64,000 bases of DNA, taken from assembly GCA_038143065.1 (NCBI GenBank), contig JAYQLI010000035.1, positions 1,536,894 to 1,600,893 on the forward strand, written 5' to 3'. This document shows positions 31,480-41,508 of this stretch, one piece after another (position 1 is the first letter of the stretch; every line of letters begins with the position of its first letter). The notes under the pieces were generated by a model. It had not been told where the DNA came from. It worked only from the letters and a program-made list of their open reading frames with translations, and searched no databases. Source of the stretch: Rhodospirillales bacterium. GTDB lineage: Bacteria > Pseudomonadota > Alphaproteobacteria > Bin95. A program made the position numbers and the translations under genes.

Positions 31480-32541
31480 ATGAACTCTTCAAATAAAGAT
31501 GCAACCCAAGCCGGCATTGGTTTTTTTGAGAAATGGCTTTCAATTTGGGTAGCTCTTTGTATTGCCGCAGGAATTGCCCTTGGGGCCATAATGCCAGGAT
31601 TGTTTGAGACCATAGCCGATATCGAATACGCCTCGGTCAATCTTGTAGTTGCGATACTGATATGGGCAATGGTTTATCCAATGATGGTTGGCGTAGATTT
31701 CGCGAGCCTGAAAAGCATTGGGGAACGACCCAAAGGTCTGATCATAACAATCGTGGTGAACTGGCTAATCAAGCCTTTCACGATGGCTGCACTAGGTGTG
31801 CTTTTTTTCGATCATGTATTTGCCGATCTTCTCGCCCCGGAAGATGCTCAACAATACCTCGCAGGAGTTATTATTCTTGGAGCTGCGCCATGCACCGCAA
31901 TGGTTTTCGTATGGAGCCAGCTTACGCGAGGAGATCCCACCTACACCCTAGTTCAGGTGTCAATAAACGACCTTATAATGATTATTGCGTTTGCTCCTAT
32001 TGTGGCTCTTCTGCTTGGAGTGACAGATATCGAGGTGCCTTGGGCAACTCTAATTTTATCCGTCTTATTGTACGTGGTTATTCCACTAATTTCCGGAGTT
32101 TTGACGCGCAGCATTCTGACAAAAAGAAACGATAATTCCGATACCGCCATTTCCAACTTCACTAGTAGGGTCAAGCCCTTCTCAGTAATCGGGCTGCTCT
32201 CTACGGTAGTCCTACTATTTGGCTTCCAAGGGCCAACAATACTTTCTGACCCACTGCTTATTCTTCTAATTGCAGTGCCACTGCTCCTGCAGTCTTATGG
32301 AATTTTCGCCGTCGCTTATGCCGCAGCTTGGGCATGGCGCACTCCATTCAATATTGCTGCGCCCTGCGCACTCATTGGCACCTCAAACTTCTTCGAGCTT
32401 GCTGTGGCCGTAGCTATTAGTCTTTTCGGCTTAAATTCTGGGGCAGCATTAGCAACTGTAGTAGGTGTTCTAGTAGAAGTCCCAGTAATGCTTTCGCTAG
32501 TTGCTTTTGCTAACCGAACCCAACATTGGTTTCGCAGCTAA
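31480..32541 (+). CDS. acr3: Arsenite efflux transporter, ACR3 family
   Basis: [38 protein letters not shown] (essential Cys), [19 protein letters not shown]. Confidence 0.95.
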   Translation: MNSSNKDATQAGIGFFEKWLSIWVALCIAAGIALGAIMPGLFETIADIEYASVNLVVAILIWAMVYPMMVGVDFASLKSIGERPKGLIITIVVNWLIKPFTMAALGVLFFDHVFADLLAPEDAQQYLAGVIILGAAPCTAMVFVWSQLTRGDPTYTLVQVSINDLIMIIAFAPIVALLLGVTDIEVPWATLILSVLLYVVIPLISGVLTRSILTKRNDNSDTAISNFTSRVKPFSVIGLLSTVVLLFGFQGPTILSDPLLILLIAVPLLLQSYGIFAVAYAAAWAWRTPFNIAAPCALIGTSNFFELAVAVAISLFGLNSGAALATVVGVLVEVPVMLSLVAFANRTQHWFRS

Positions 32542-32596
32542 AATTTCTCGAAGGGGCCTAAACTCAAAGAGCTAAAGCCCATCCGCCCCACAATGA

Positions 32597-33133
32597 CTAT
32601 CTGATAAAGTGTTTCACGTAGTCTTTTCCAAGACCTACTTTTTCGAAGTGCTTGGAGTAAGCTTCTATTCGGGTAAACACATCAGCGTATCCTGTCGTGT
32701 TTCCCTCTGTATCACAGTAGATAAGAGCACCCGTATTATGGAAGAGGGTGACACTCTCAGGTTGATCCGGCAGCGCTACTAGCGTGTGAATATCACCAGG
32801 TGCCTCAAACACATAGGAACCTTCTGTGCCGACCCAATCGTGTTCGAGATAACGCCATCCACCCTTAATTATAAAGCCATGTACAGGCGCTGGATGACGG
32901 TGGCAGGAAACAATACTTTCCTCACCAGCTTTACTCCGAAACTTTGATAGATGCACCCAGTACCCCTGGCTGGCGTTTAAGCACAAAGGGCGTGACCAGC
33001 TATAAGGCGTCATCGGACACCAAAGCCTCTCATCGTCCTTAGCAAATGCATCTTGTATAAAAATTTCTGGAAGCGCGAAGGGGCTTACAGGACCACTATA
33101 AGGCTTCAATTTGGATTGAGCTGTATCAAGCAT
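32597..33133 (-). CDS. Cupin dioxygenase, 2,4'-dihydroxyacetophenone dioxygenase family
   Basis: DERLWCP, RPLCLNASQGYWV, CHRHPAPVHG..IKGGWRYLEHDW..EGSYVFE.PGDIHTL (His metal ligands), YSKHFEKVGLG.DYV tail. Confidence 0.82.
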   Translation of the reverse strand: MLDTAQSKLKPYSGPVSPFALPEIFIQDAFAKDDERLWCPMTPYSWSRPLCLNASQGYWVHLSKFRSKAGEESIVSCHRHPAPVHGFIIKGGWRYLEHDWVGTEGSYVFEAPGDIHTLVALPDQPESVTLFHNTGALIYCDTEGNTTGYADVFTRIEAYSKHFEKVGLGKDYVKHFIR

Positions 33134-33148
33134 CTCTAACTCCAGAGG

Positions 33149-34342
33149 TTATATATCAGCGTACATACGGCCAGGGTTTAGTATGCCCTTAGGATCAAAT
33201 ACATCCTTCAGCCCTTTGGTAAGTTTCATAATAGTTGGGGCCAAAGGTTGGAATACGTCAACAACCGCTCGAACAGGTTCAGGCCCTCTAATTAGGGTCG
33301 CATGACCGCCAGTAAGTTCAATAGCAGACCGTATTTCAGTTGAACCCGCAGCTTCTAGGTGAGGTGGTAAAGCTAGCCAGATCATTCCCCCAGCCCAATC
33401 ATAAAATGCTTCTCCACCCAGACCTTGTAATTTTGCCACCAAGCCTGGGCCGGCTGTAGGTGCAGTTGAAATACGCCAAATTGCCCGATCATCAGGTGAC
33501 TGGAATGGTAAAATATCCCGAACCCCGGACCATATAGCGGCAGATGCATCTCCATCATAAGTAATGATGTTTTCTGCCTGAAGATGCTTACGAATAGCCT
33601 CAGTCCGATAATCAAGACTATCCGGAAAACCCTCAAAACGGATTAGGGTTTGCGATGAATTACCTATTCCCTCAAAACGCTCTGCAATATTGGCTGGTAA
33701 ATGCGCGGCTGCCACGGGCTCAAATGGAGTCTTAAGTGCTGCAGACATTGCTGCCTGACCTGCAAAGTCATCAAGGCCTTGAAGCGCGAGCGTTCGTTCC
33801 GCAACTGCATTAGGCAAGACTTTAAATGTGACTTCAGTGAAAACGCCTAACGTTCCCATCGCACCAGCTGAGATCTTACAGAGGTCGTAGCCGGTGACAT
33901 TTTTCATCACCCGACCACCGCCATGCATGTATTGGCCTGTGCCATCCACAAACTTAATGCCAATCAGAAAATCTCTTGCAGCTCCAGATGCCAACCGGGA
34001 TGGGCCCGATAGTCCCGCTGCAGCCACTCCACCAACAGTTGCCGGATCATTTGAGCCGTATAAGTGTGTCAGGTCAGGCGGATCAAAAGGCAAACGTTGA
34101 TTTTTTCCGCCAGAACCGCTTTCGCATCCGCCAAAGTTGTACCTACAGCAAGGATACGAAAAGCTCAGTAGGGCTGTATTCTACAACACCAGTTAGACCA
34201 TCTGTTTTTAAGATGCACTGCTCGTCGACGGTCCTTCCAAGTCCCTTGAGACCACCACCGCCCTCGATGCCAATCGGTCTACCAACATCCTTGATTGCCT
34301 CAGCAACCTGTTCCGGTGTCTCTGGACGCAAAAGTCAGTCAC
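33149..34342 (-). CDS. glcE: Glycolate oxidase FAD-binding subunit GlcE-like; frameshifted at about 34152 and 34103, possibly also 34331
   Basis: RPETPEQVAEAI..GGG.K.LG..GVVEYSPTEL; after repair QRLPFDPPD, TVGG..A.GLSGPSR, GGRVMKNVTGYDLCK, YDWAGG.IW, GGHATLIR, FDPKGILNPGRM. Probable GTG start overlapping the glcD stop. Confidence 0.88.
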
Positions 34343-35787
34343 TCGGCCGCTTCCATCATAGGCACTGCTTCCAGAGGAAATACTTTATGAGGGTTCATTA
34401 GATACTTCGGATCGAATGCTCGCTTTATGCGGCGTTGAAGGTCAAGTTCATCTGATGTGAACTGTTCCGTCATTAGGTCCCTCTTTTCGACACCAACTCC
34501 GTGTTCCCCCGTAAGACAACCGCCAAGAGCCACACATAATTTCAATATATCACCACCACAGGCCTCGGCACGTTCTGTCTCCCCGGGTTCATTCGCATTG
34601 TACAAGATCAGAGGATGCAGATTGCCGTCACCTGCATGGAAGATATTTGCAACCTCAAACCCATAAGACTGGCAAATAGACGCTATTCCATCCAAGGCTT
34701 CTGGAAGTTTCCCAGTTGGGATGGTTCCATCCATGCAAAAGTAATCAGGCGAAATACGGCCAATAGCGCCAAACGCGGATTTCCGGCCCTTCCAAATAGC
34801 GATACTTTCTGCGCTGGTTTTAGCAACTCGTTCATAAGCTGGCGAAAAATCTTTTGCTATATTCTGGATACGACTCAGCATGGCATCGATCTCATCGCGC
34901 GAGCCCTCAACCTCTATTATGAGTAGGGCCTCAACATCGAGCGGATATCCCGCATGGGCAAACTTTTCTGTAGCGTGAATAGCGGGGCGATCCATAAATT
35001 CGATGGCAACAGGAATGATGCCTGAGGCAATAATCGCATCTACGCAAGCGCCAGCATCTCTGCTGGACTTGAAACCAAAAAGGATAGGACGAGCACCTTC
35101 AGGTGAATGCAAAATGCGAAGTGTTGCCTCTGTCACAACCCCAAGCATACCCTCTGAACCCGTTATGAGGCCAAGAAGGTCTAGCCCTCCAGCATCCAAA
35201 TGCTTGCCGCCAAGTCTCACTACTTCACCGGTTGGTAATACTAACTCCACACCCATGAGATTATTTGAAGTGACGCCGTATTTTAGGCAGTGAGCCCCGC
35301 CGGAGTTCATGCCAATATTACCTGCAATAGTGCAGGCAAGCTGTGATGAAGGGTCTGGCGCATAGAAGAACCGATCCCCAGACACAGCGTCTGTAACACC
35401 AAGATTAGTTACCCCTGGCTGAAGGGTGATCGTCCGATTGTCATAATCGACCTCTAATATTTGGGTCATTTTTGACACACCCAAGACGATAGCGTCTTTG
35501 AGAGGTAGAGCGCCCCCAGCAAGCGACGTTCCTGCGCCCCTTGCAACTACTTTAACACCTCGACCATGGCAGTACGCCATGACCGCTGCAACCTCCTCAG
35601 TCGTCTCAGGCAATACTACTGCAAGCGGTGTTTCTTTATAGGCCGTTAATGCATCGGTTTCATAAGGCTTAATCTCATCCGGATGATCAATTACTCCATC
35701 CTCTGCGGCGATGACTGTTCGCAGATCACGGATAATTTCTTCCCTAGCTGCTAAAATTGCAGGATCAGGATCAGGTAACATAACCAT
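34339..35787 (-). CDS. glcD: Glycolate oxidase subunit GlcD-like FAD-linked oxidase
   Basis: RGAGTSLAGGA, YAPDPSSQLACTIAGN..NSGGAHCLKYGVT, GSEGMLG, FHAGDGNLHPLI, TGEHGVGVEK, MNPHKVFP. Confidence 0.93.
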   Translation of the reverse strand: MVMLPDPDPAILAAREEIIRDLRTVIAAEDGVIDHPDEIKPYETDALTAYKETPLAVVLPETTEEVAAVMAYCHGRGVKVVARGAGTSLAGGALPLKDAIVLGVSKMTQILEVDYDNRTITLQPGVTNLGVTDAVSGDRFFYAPDPSSQLACTIAGNIGMNSGGAHCLKYGVTSNNLMGVELVLPTGEVVRLGGKHLDAGGLDLLGLITGSEGMLGVVTEATLRILHSPEGARPILFGFKSSRDAGACVDAIIASGIIPVAIEFMDRPAIHATEKFAHAGYPLDVEALLIIEVEGSRDEIDAMLSRIQNIAKDFSPAYERVAKTSAESIAIWKGRKSAFGAIGRISPDYFCMDGTIPTGKLPEALDGIASICQSYGFEVANIFHAGDGNLHPLILYNANEPGETERAEACGGDILKLCVALGGCLTGEHGVGVEKRDLMTEQFTSDELDLQRRIKRAFDPKYLMNPHKVFPLEAVPMMEAAE

Positions 35788-35883
35788 GTTTTAAATCTCC
35801 ATGATCTCTACCTAGGCACCCTAACGGCATTTGACTAGGACAAGAGAATTAATTGCCTTTGACACAGACAGATAAAAAATCGC

Positions 35884-37065
35884 CTATTCAGCTGCTTGTC
35901 CCGTCTTAGCCTTGTGCTTTTCAATCTCACTCATCACCGCCTTCTCGGCTTTACCAATAAACATTGGCCTGTTTTCGTGGGAATAATCATAGGAGAAGTC
36001 ACGGAGCATATTTGAATTCTGGAAGTGCGGGAAAACTTGTCGAGCAATAAGCTCATAGGAACGCTTTGTTTCTTCCCAATCCGCCCAGTTATGAGCAAGC
36101 TGCATAAGACAACCAAAACCACCGGAGCCGTCCCATAGTCTCTCCAGGTATTCAATGGCGTCTTGAGGTGAGCCGATAACAGCCATTCTATTTTCAGTCA
36201 GATACTCAGCGGCATCATGAATGTCAGCAGGAACGATAGGAAAAGTAGCAATTTCACGGAAGTACCTAGCCCATCGCTCAATTCCCCATTTTACATTTTG
36301 GAATGCTTTATCGCGGGTCTCTGCTACGTGCATAAGTGTAACGATACGCCAATTCTTTCGGTCAAGATTATGGCCATTTTCAACCGCAGTACTCTCAGCC
36401 AGGCCCCAGTTATTTGCATGAGCCGTTAGCGCATCATCGGAGGTACCACCAATCGACAACATTCCTAGTCCGTGTTTGCCAGCAGCCAACGCCCCAACTG
36501 GTGAGCGCGCAGATGCCACAGCCATTTCCATGTGAGGTCGGGTGAAACCAGGTAACTGTAATCGTGCCTCGCGCAGATTAAACCAATCAGTTTCCATCGT
36601 AACCATTTCACCACGCATTAGTGGCAAAATGGCGTCTAACGCCTCATTCAGCATGCGACGTTGATTCTCTGGGTCGATACCCATGCGAAAGGCATCGCCA
36701 ACCAAGGCCCCTGGCCCCACTCCAAACATGGCTCGCCCTCGCGCTTGATAATCAAGCTGCGTCATTCGCGAGGCAATAGTGAAAGGATTGTGGTACGGAA
36801 GAGAAACTACGCCCGTTCCTAACCGGAGATATCGCGTGCGCTCAATTGCCTGAGCAATGAATAACTCTGGGTTAGCGATGATTTCAAAGCCACCTGAATG
36901 ATGCTCACCGACCCACGCCTCATCGTAACCAAGCTCATCAATGTGCTGGAGGAGTTGCATATCTCGCTCCAGACAAAGCAGTGGGTTCTCCTCCACAGGA
37001 TGGAACGGTGCAAGAAAAATACCGAACTTCAGGTATCGCTCAGCAAGCATTTTAGCAGCATTCAT
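35884..37065 (-). CDS. Luciferase-like flavin-dependent monooxygenase (limonene 1,2-monooxygenase-like)
   Basis: FGIFLAPFHP, GYDEAWVGEHHSGG.E, LGTGVVSLPYHNP, RGRAMFGVGPGAL, WRIVTLMHVAETR, GGFG..SYELIAR.V.PHF. Confidence 0.88.
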   Translation of the reverse strand: MNAAKMLAERYLKFGIFLAPFHPVEENPLLCLERDMQLLQHIDELGYDEAWVGEHHSGGFEIIANPELFIAQAIERTRYLRLGTGVVSLPYHNPFTIASRMTQLDYQARGRAMFGVGPGALVGDAFRMGIDPENQRRMLNEALDAILPLMRGEMVTMETDWFNLREARLQLPGFTRPHMEMAVASARSPVGALAAGKHGLGMLSIGGTSDDALTAHANNWGLAESTAVENGHNLDRKNWRIVTLMHVAETRDKAFQNVKWGIERWARYFREIATFPIVPADIHDAAEYLTENRMAVIGSPQDAIEYLERLWDGSGGFGCLMQLAHNWADWEETKRSYELIARQVFPHFQNSNMLRDFSYDYSHENRPMFIGKAEKAVMSEIEKHKAKTGQAAE

Positions 37066-37119
37066 TGGCCGACTCCTTAAATATTCGACGCATTAAAACA
37101 GCTTATCAGCTTTCCCCTC

Positions 37120-37148
37120 TTGCAGGAAAACCCGTTCTTGGTTAAACC
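37120..37148 (+). promoter_or_regulatory. Putative sigma-70 promoter of tRNA-Val
   Basis: TTGCAG-N17-TAAACC followed by a GC-rich discriminator, 12 bp before the tRNA. Confidence 0.5.
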
Positions 37149-37160
37149 CGCGGCCTCAGC

Positions 37161-37235
37161 GGGCGGTTAGCTCAGCGGTAGAGCACTGTGTTGACATCGC
37201 AGGGGTCACTGGTTCAATCCCAGTACCGCCCACCA
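37161..37235 (+). tRNA. tRNA-Val (anticodon GAC)
   Basis: GGGCGGT acceptor stem pairs with ACCGCCC, followed by ACCA; TAGCTCAGCGGTAGAGCA D arm; CTGTG-TTGACAT-CGCAG anticodon arm; CTGGTTCAATCCCAG T arm. Confidence 0.97.
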
Positions 37236-37253
37236 TTTTCCTCAGAAAATAAA

Positions 37254-37874
37254 TCAAACAACAGCCTGAGCGAGTAGGACTGCGCCTAGCATTGCTATTG
37301 AGGAACCGGCTAACTTCCTTGCGCGGAACCAGGCAAATTCATCAAAAATCAAGCGTGCAGCAAAGCCAGCCACAACAGCAATTACCCATTGCGTAGCACT
37401 AAACGCTGCAAGATACGCTGCAATAATACTGTTTTCAGCGCCTATCACCGCTTCTGCGTAAGCATATCCATGAAAGCCACCCGAAATCGAAAACAGTGCG
37501 AGCAAAATACCGATACGCGCTCGGGTTCCAATGGCCATTGAACCACCAGCAATAATTACAGATAAAGCCACTAGAGCCTCAGCTCCTGTAATATTCGTTG
37601 ATGATAAGTGGATAGCGGAGCCAAGGAGAGCGCCACCTACGAGGCCAAGAGGAGCTAGAACCCACAAGCGATTATTTATTGTTGCCGCCAGCACTCCAGC
37701 TGCAACGATGAAGGCGAAGTGATCAAGGCCAATGATAGGATGTCCAACACCCGACATAAGCCCGTGCAACAATGTTTCAGGAACAACTCCACCCATCGGA
37801 TGGTGAGCAAGCGCAGGTGAAGCCAAACTCACAAAAAACAAAAAACCTATATAACGCATTAGCACGGCTCCCAT
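37254..37874 (-). CDS. HupE/UreJ-family Ni/Co transporter
   Basis: Signal peptide ending PALA-HH, G.MSGVGHPIIGLDH, FHGYAY; about 6 transmembrane segments. Confidence 0.88.
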   Translation of the reverse strand: MGAVLMRYIGFLFFVSLASPALAHHPMGGVVPETLLHGLMSGVGHPIIGLDHFAFIVAAGVLAATINNRLWVLAPLGLVGGALLGSAIHLSSTNITGAEALVALSVIIAGGSMAIGTRARIGILLALFSISGGFHGYAYAEAVIGAENSIIAAYLAAFSATQWVIAVVAGFAARLIFDEFAWFRARKLAGSSIAMLGAVLLAQAVV

Positions 37875-37885
37875 TTTAATTTAGA

Positions 37886-38650
37886 TCAACGCTGAGTTGC
37901 ACCACCATCAAGGTTAACAGTTGTACCAGTAATCATTTTTGCACGGTCACTGGCGAGGAAAACAATAAGGTCAGCACAATCTTCCGCCTGAGATGGCGGC
38001 GGATCGGTTGGCATGCATTCTTGCCAACGTTCAGGATCACCGTATTGCTCACTAGCGGTGCCCCGCAACATCGTTTCCATGCGATCTGTAACAACCAACC
38101 CAGGATTAAGACCACAAACCCGAATATTGTCTCGGAGTGAGACACCGCCCACAGCTTTAGTGAAAGCAATCAAACCAGCATTTCCAACAGAACCTGCCAC
38201 ATAACCTGGGCTATGCTTAACACCCGCAGCACCAATTACGTTCACAATTACTCCGTGACCCTGCCGGCGCATATTGCCATAAACGGCCCTCGTCATATTG
38301 ATGTAGCCAAAGACCTTCAAATCCCAAGCTTCGCGCCAACGAGGCTCTTCAACCTCCTCGACGGTTCCAGGAGGAATGGCACCTGCATTGTTTACAAGGA
38401 TGTCAATATCGCTGAATTCAGCAACCAAAGAACGGGCTGCATCGCCATTTGATAAATCAACGGCGCGAAAATCTGCATCAACCCCGGTGGCCTGCTTAAT
38501 ACTCTGAACAGCACGCTCCAAATCAGCTGCAGTTCGCGATACAATAATAGGCAATACGCCCTCTTCAGCTAATCCTTTGGCAGCCGCAAGGCCTATACCT
38601 TTCGAGCCACCCGTAATCAAAGCACGCTTACCCGCAAGCCCCATATCCAT
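37886..38650 (-). CDS. Short-chain dehydrogenase/reductase (atypical active site)
   Basis: TGGSKGIG, LVNNAGAIP, WDLKVFGY, YVAGSVGNA, NPGLVVTDR, ITGTTVNLDGG. Start likely MDMGL at 38650. Confidence 0.88.
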   Translation of the reverse strand: MDMGLAGKRALITGGSKGIGLAAAKGLAEEGVLPIIVSRTAADLERAVQSIKQATGVDADFRAVDLSNGDAARSLVAEFSDIDILVNNAGAIPPGTVEEVEEPRWREAWDLKVFGYINMTRAVYGNMRRQGHGVIVNVIGAAGVKHSPGYVAGSVGNAGLIAFTKAVGGVSLRDNIRVCGLNPGLVVTDRMETMLRGTASEQYGDPERWQECMPTDPPPSQAEDCADLIVFLASDRAKMITGTTVNLDGGATQR

Positions 38651-38825
38651 CGAAGTGAATCCTTTTTCAATTTCCCTAAGTGTAACTCGTTTCACTGCAA
38701 ACGCAGCATAATCTTCAGTAAATTTAGCGAAAACCTAATAATCGCAATGGATACAGGATTGATACTTTGTCGAGGCCATCTGGATCACTAGCCAAAATAT
38801 CATGCCATTATTTCAGTTAAACCAA

Positions 38826-40027
38826 TCAAACATCGCTCATATCAGCTGCGTAAATTGTGCCTGTTTCCAGGAGGCGCTGAATATCTTCAGCATCAAAGCC
38901 AATCTCAGCCAAAACTTTAATCGTATCTTGCCCTAAAGATGGAGCAGTTCGAGGTTCATGAGAGGGTGTAGCGCTGAAACGCGCAGCGGCACGAGCTTGC
39001 CGAGTAGGGCCAAGACCTGGCTGATCAATAGTGCTCACCGCTTGATTATGAAGCACCTGCGGGTCCTCTAGAACTTCAATTCTTCGAAGTACTGGCATGC
39101 AAGGCACATCATTGGCTTCAAGTGCAGCGATAAGCTCGTCCCGCCTTCGCTGACATATTAATCCATCAACTAATTCCAATCGCTCCTGCCTGTTTTTAGA
39201 GCGTGCGGCAGGCGTCGCAAATCGGGAATCTTTCACTAGATCAGGTCTCTCCAATGCGATGCAAAGACCCTCCCACTCCTTATCCGAAACCGCCCCAAAA
39301 GTGATGAAACCATCACTGGTCTCAAAAATCATATCGTGTGCCGAAGCTCGAGCTTCTTTTTTGTGTCGTCTACCACCACAGCAAAGGGCGCCATACCTTC
39401 AGGCCAAAGATAAGAAAGCATCCCATCCAGCATAGAAATCTGAACATGTTGCCCTTCCCCCGTTCTCCCTTTCGCGACTAGCGCTGCTGTGACCGCTTGT
39501 GCCGCATAAATCGCCGTTGTCTTGTCAGCAACAATGGTCCGCATCATCTTTGGGCGACCCGATAATGGATCAGCCTGAATGTCGGCAAGACCCGAAAGAG
39601 CTTGGATGATAGGGTCGTAAACCCGCTTTTCAGCGTAGGGCCCAGTCGCGCCTACCCCACTTATAGAAAGATAGACAATACCTGGATTGCGTAACTTTAC
39701 TGTTTCATAACCGAAGCCAAGCCTTTCGATCGCTCCAGGACGATAGTTCTGAGCAATAACATCGGCGCTTTCGATTAGGCGCCAGAGAATTTCTCTACCC
39801 GGCTTCGATTTTAAATCTAAAGCAATCGATCGCTTACCACGATTGCAGGCGACAAAGCCGGCCGAAAAACCTGGAGATTCGGCTCTACTTCGGCGTGTTA
39901 TATCACCTGCCAAGGCTTCAACCTTAATTACGTCCGCTCCCTGATCAGCCAGCTGAACCGTTGCGGCAGGGCCAGAAATGACACTACAAAGGTCAACACC
40001 CTTTATGCCTTCTAGAGGACCCGTCAT
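38826..40027 (-). CDS. Family III CoA-transferase (CaiB/BaiF); frameshifted at about 39360
   Basis: GPLEGI..VDL, LADQGADVIKVE, NRGKRSIALDLK, YDPIIQALSG, VADK. Repairing the T6 run at 39357-39362 joins it to IFETSDG..DSRFAT..APSLGQDT. Confidence 0.88.
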
Positions 40028-40662
40028 TTCACACCATTCGCTGCAAATGCAAGCGCAGTGGATGGCTCATCATCAATTCTTGATCGGTATGAAGAAAAAG
40101 CCGGCGGTAAGGACATTCCGTAGCGTTTGGCCCAATCCAGGCACGTAGTCATTAAGATATCCACTCCAGTGAAATCATCGCCAACGAGGAAACGACGCCC
40201 ATCTTTCAAACGCAAAGAACCAGCAGTTATCATGCGATGGAAGTATTCACGGGCAACCTGGCAAGCATCTGGCGCAGGACCATAAATTTCAGGCAATCCT
40301 TCATGACGGCGCAGCACATAAAGTGATGTCGCGTCTAGCTCCATCGAAATAAATGATAACCATTCAAAGAATTCTGCTCTCGCAGATTTTTGGGTGGGGA
40401 TGAGGGCTTTCTCCATGGTGCTGTAAGTTTCAGCAAGATAGGTAACGATCGCGGGGCTTTCGGTGAGTGTTAGCTCACCATCCTGAAGCGTCGGAACTTT
40501 GCCACGGGGGGTGATGCTACGATATTCTTCGCTTTCCATTTCAGGTGTGCGAGTTCGGATAATTCTCGTTTCATAATTGAGACCAAGAAAGCATAAAGCC
40601 CAGTGCGCTCGAAGTGTGCGACTAGTACCAACGCCCCAAAGAATTAACCCAGCCATTACCAA
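40024..40662 (-). CDS. Glutathione S-transferase family protein
   Basis: TSRTLRAHW, PRGKVPTLQDG..LTES.AI..YLAE, FLVGDDFTGVDI. Confidence 0.88.
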   Translation of the reverse strand: MVMAGLILWGVGTSRTLRAHWALCFLGLNYETRIIRTRTPEMESEEYRSITPRGKVPTLQDGELTLTESPAIVTYLAETYSTMEKALIPTQKSARAEFFEWLSFISMELDATSLYVLRRHEGLPEIYGPAPDACQVAREYFHRMITAGSLRLKDGRRFLVGDDFTGVDILMTTCLDWAKRYGMSLPPAFSSYRSRIDDEPSTALAFAANGVK

Positions 40663-41399
40663 GGCTCCATAAATGGACGAATATCCATCTCAAAAGTCCA
40701 AGCGTCTCGAGATTGGGCATGCAGCGTCCAATAAGCCTCTGCGATAGAGCTCAGTTTCATAAGACTATCGGGCAAAAATTCGACATTCTCTCCACCGTTA
40801 GCTGCTTTACGCCTCGCATGTATAGCAGGACTATCTACCCCGCCATCCACTACTAGGTGCGCAACATGGATGCCTTGTGGCCCTAGTTCCCTTGCCATCG
40901 ATTGAGCAACAGCGCGGAGACCTGCTTTGGCGCTTGCAAATGCAGCAAAATTAGAGCCGCCGCGCATACTGGCAGTGGCGCCCGTAAAAAGAATTGTACC
41001 CTTGCCTCGAGGTAACATGCGTTTTGCGGCCTCACGCCCCGTTAAGAAACCCGCCATGCAGCCCAGCCGCCAGACCTTCTCAAAGAGCTCAGATGAAGTC
41101 TCAGTCAATGGACTGCGAAAGTTAGCACCCGCATTGAAAAGACAAACTTCAATTGGGCCTAGCTCTTTCTCAATGGAGCTGAACAGATTCACCACCGAAG
41201 CTTCATCTCTAGCGTCAATGGAAAAAGCATGAGCTGAGCCACCAGAATTTCTGATGTCTTCCACCAAAGCCTCTGATTTAAGCCCATCACGCCGAGCGAT
41301 TGCAACGGAGTAGCCTCCCGCAGCAAAACGTCGAGCGAAGGCTGCGCCTATTGCATCTCCAGCTCCAATGCCCAGAGCAACTTTTTTTATTTTTCCCAT
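40656..41399 (-). CDS. Short-chain dehydrogenase/reductase
   Basis: IGAGDAIG, FNAGAN, FTGATASMRG..FAAFASAK, AQSMARELGPQG.HVAH.VVDG, WTFEMDIRP. Confidence 0.88.
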   Translation of the reverse strand: MGKIKKVALGIGAGDAIGAAFARRFAAGGYSVAIARRDGLKSEALVEDIRNSGGSAHAFSIDARDEASVVNLFSSIEKELGPIEVCLFNAGANFRSPLTETSSELFEKVWRLGCMAGFLTGREAAKRMLPRGKGTILFTGATASMRGGSNFAAFASAKAGLRAVAQSMARELGPQGIHVAHLVVDGGVDSPAIHARRKAANGGENVEFLPDSLMKLSSIAEAYWTLHAQSRDAWTFEMDIRPFMEPW

Positions 41400-41508
41400 T
41401 ATTACATGGTGGGCCAATCAAAGAGGTAGACGCAAGCCAATTTGCGAAGTTCTATACGAAGGTAGAAATTTTTACTGTGAAACTTCGCATCAAAAGGATC
41501 ATGACAAA

